DNA from: Armatimonadota bacterium
GTDB lineage: Bacteria > Sysuimicrobiota > Sysuimicrobiia > Sysuimicrobiales > Humicultoraceae
Length of the DNA: 35,254 bases
NCBI GenBank assembly: GCA_052386995.1
Contig: JBQTJP010000052.1
Location: 1-35,254, forward strand
Direction of reading: 5' to 3'
Shown: piece by piece, positions 35,241-35,254 of the stretch
How positions within the stretch are numbered: position 1 is the stretch's first letter
Layout of the letters: the number at the start of each line of letters is the position of its first letter
The notes under the pieces: generated by a model
Database searches by the model: none
Seen by the model: the letters and a program-made list of their open reading frames with translations, nothing else
Told to the model about the DNA's origin: nothing
Program-made: the position numbers and the translations under genes

Positions 35241-35254
35241 ATGGTGTTTGCGCG
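35241..35254 (+). CDS. 5' end of a gene divergent from araC (truncated by window end)
   Basis: Strong SD AGGAGGTG followed by ATG GTG TTT GCG. Confidence 0.45.

Larger units (their letters stand above)
29563..35254. mobile_element. Putative tRNA-anchored genomic island / accessory region (right boundary outside window)
   Basis: Starts at the tRNA 3' end. Lower GC (hand count 28/60 at 31681-31740 vs 47/60 at 13381-13440), orphan secreted genes and clustered pseudogenes. No integrase or attR seen in the window. Confidence 0.5.

Noticed and set aside
1..35254. CRISPR array, rRNA, IS/transposase, integrase or prophage genes
   Set aside because: No regularly spaced repeat-spacer units and no recognisable motifs for these were found by eye.

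Overview
35 kb of high-GC bacterial chromosome, densely coding. Left part (1-22.6 kb): a C45 Ntn-hydrolase, an orphan prepilin-like protein and a DMT transporter. Then comes the main candidate novel system, a ~9 kb cyclic-nucleotide signalling cluster (2852-11801). It holds three different class III nucleotidyl-cyclase-fold genes in one operon (alpha/beta-hydrolase-cyclase, DUF2652-SRPBCC, Zn-ribbon-cyclase-STAND-TPR) ending in dinB. Facing it divergently is a stand-alone cNMP-binding protein translationally coupled to a FOXRED2-like flavoprotein, closed by a second, convergent cNMP-binding protein. All three cyclase domains and one cNMP domain carry non-canonical key residues. Housekeeping and redox genes follow: B3/B4 editing domain, Zn-ADH, two thioredoxin-fold proteins, rlmD, nitroreductase, glyoxylate reductase and an amino-acid ABC SBP+permease with no ATPase. 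Next are a lower-GC otsA-otsB-treS trehalose block, an LLM oxidoreductase, an atypical LuxR regulator plus cytoplasmic HtrA-like protease, and tRNA-Val(GAC). Downstream of the tRNA is a compositionally distinct island-like region. It has a small SARP (wHTH-BTAD) activator followed by four 11-bp-phased repeats placed 8 bp before an extended -10 that precedes two unknown secreted proteins, then an SDR and a decaying AraC module (three adjacent genes with lesions). All family calls are from motif recognition by eye; no database search was run.
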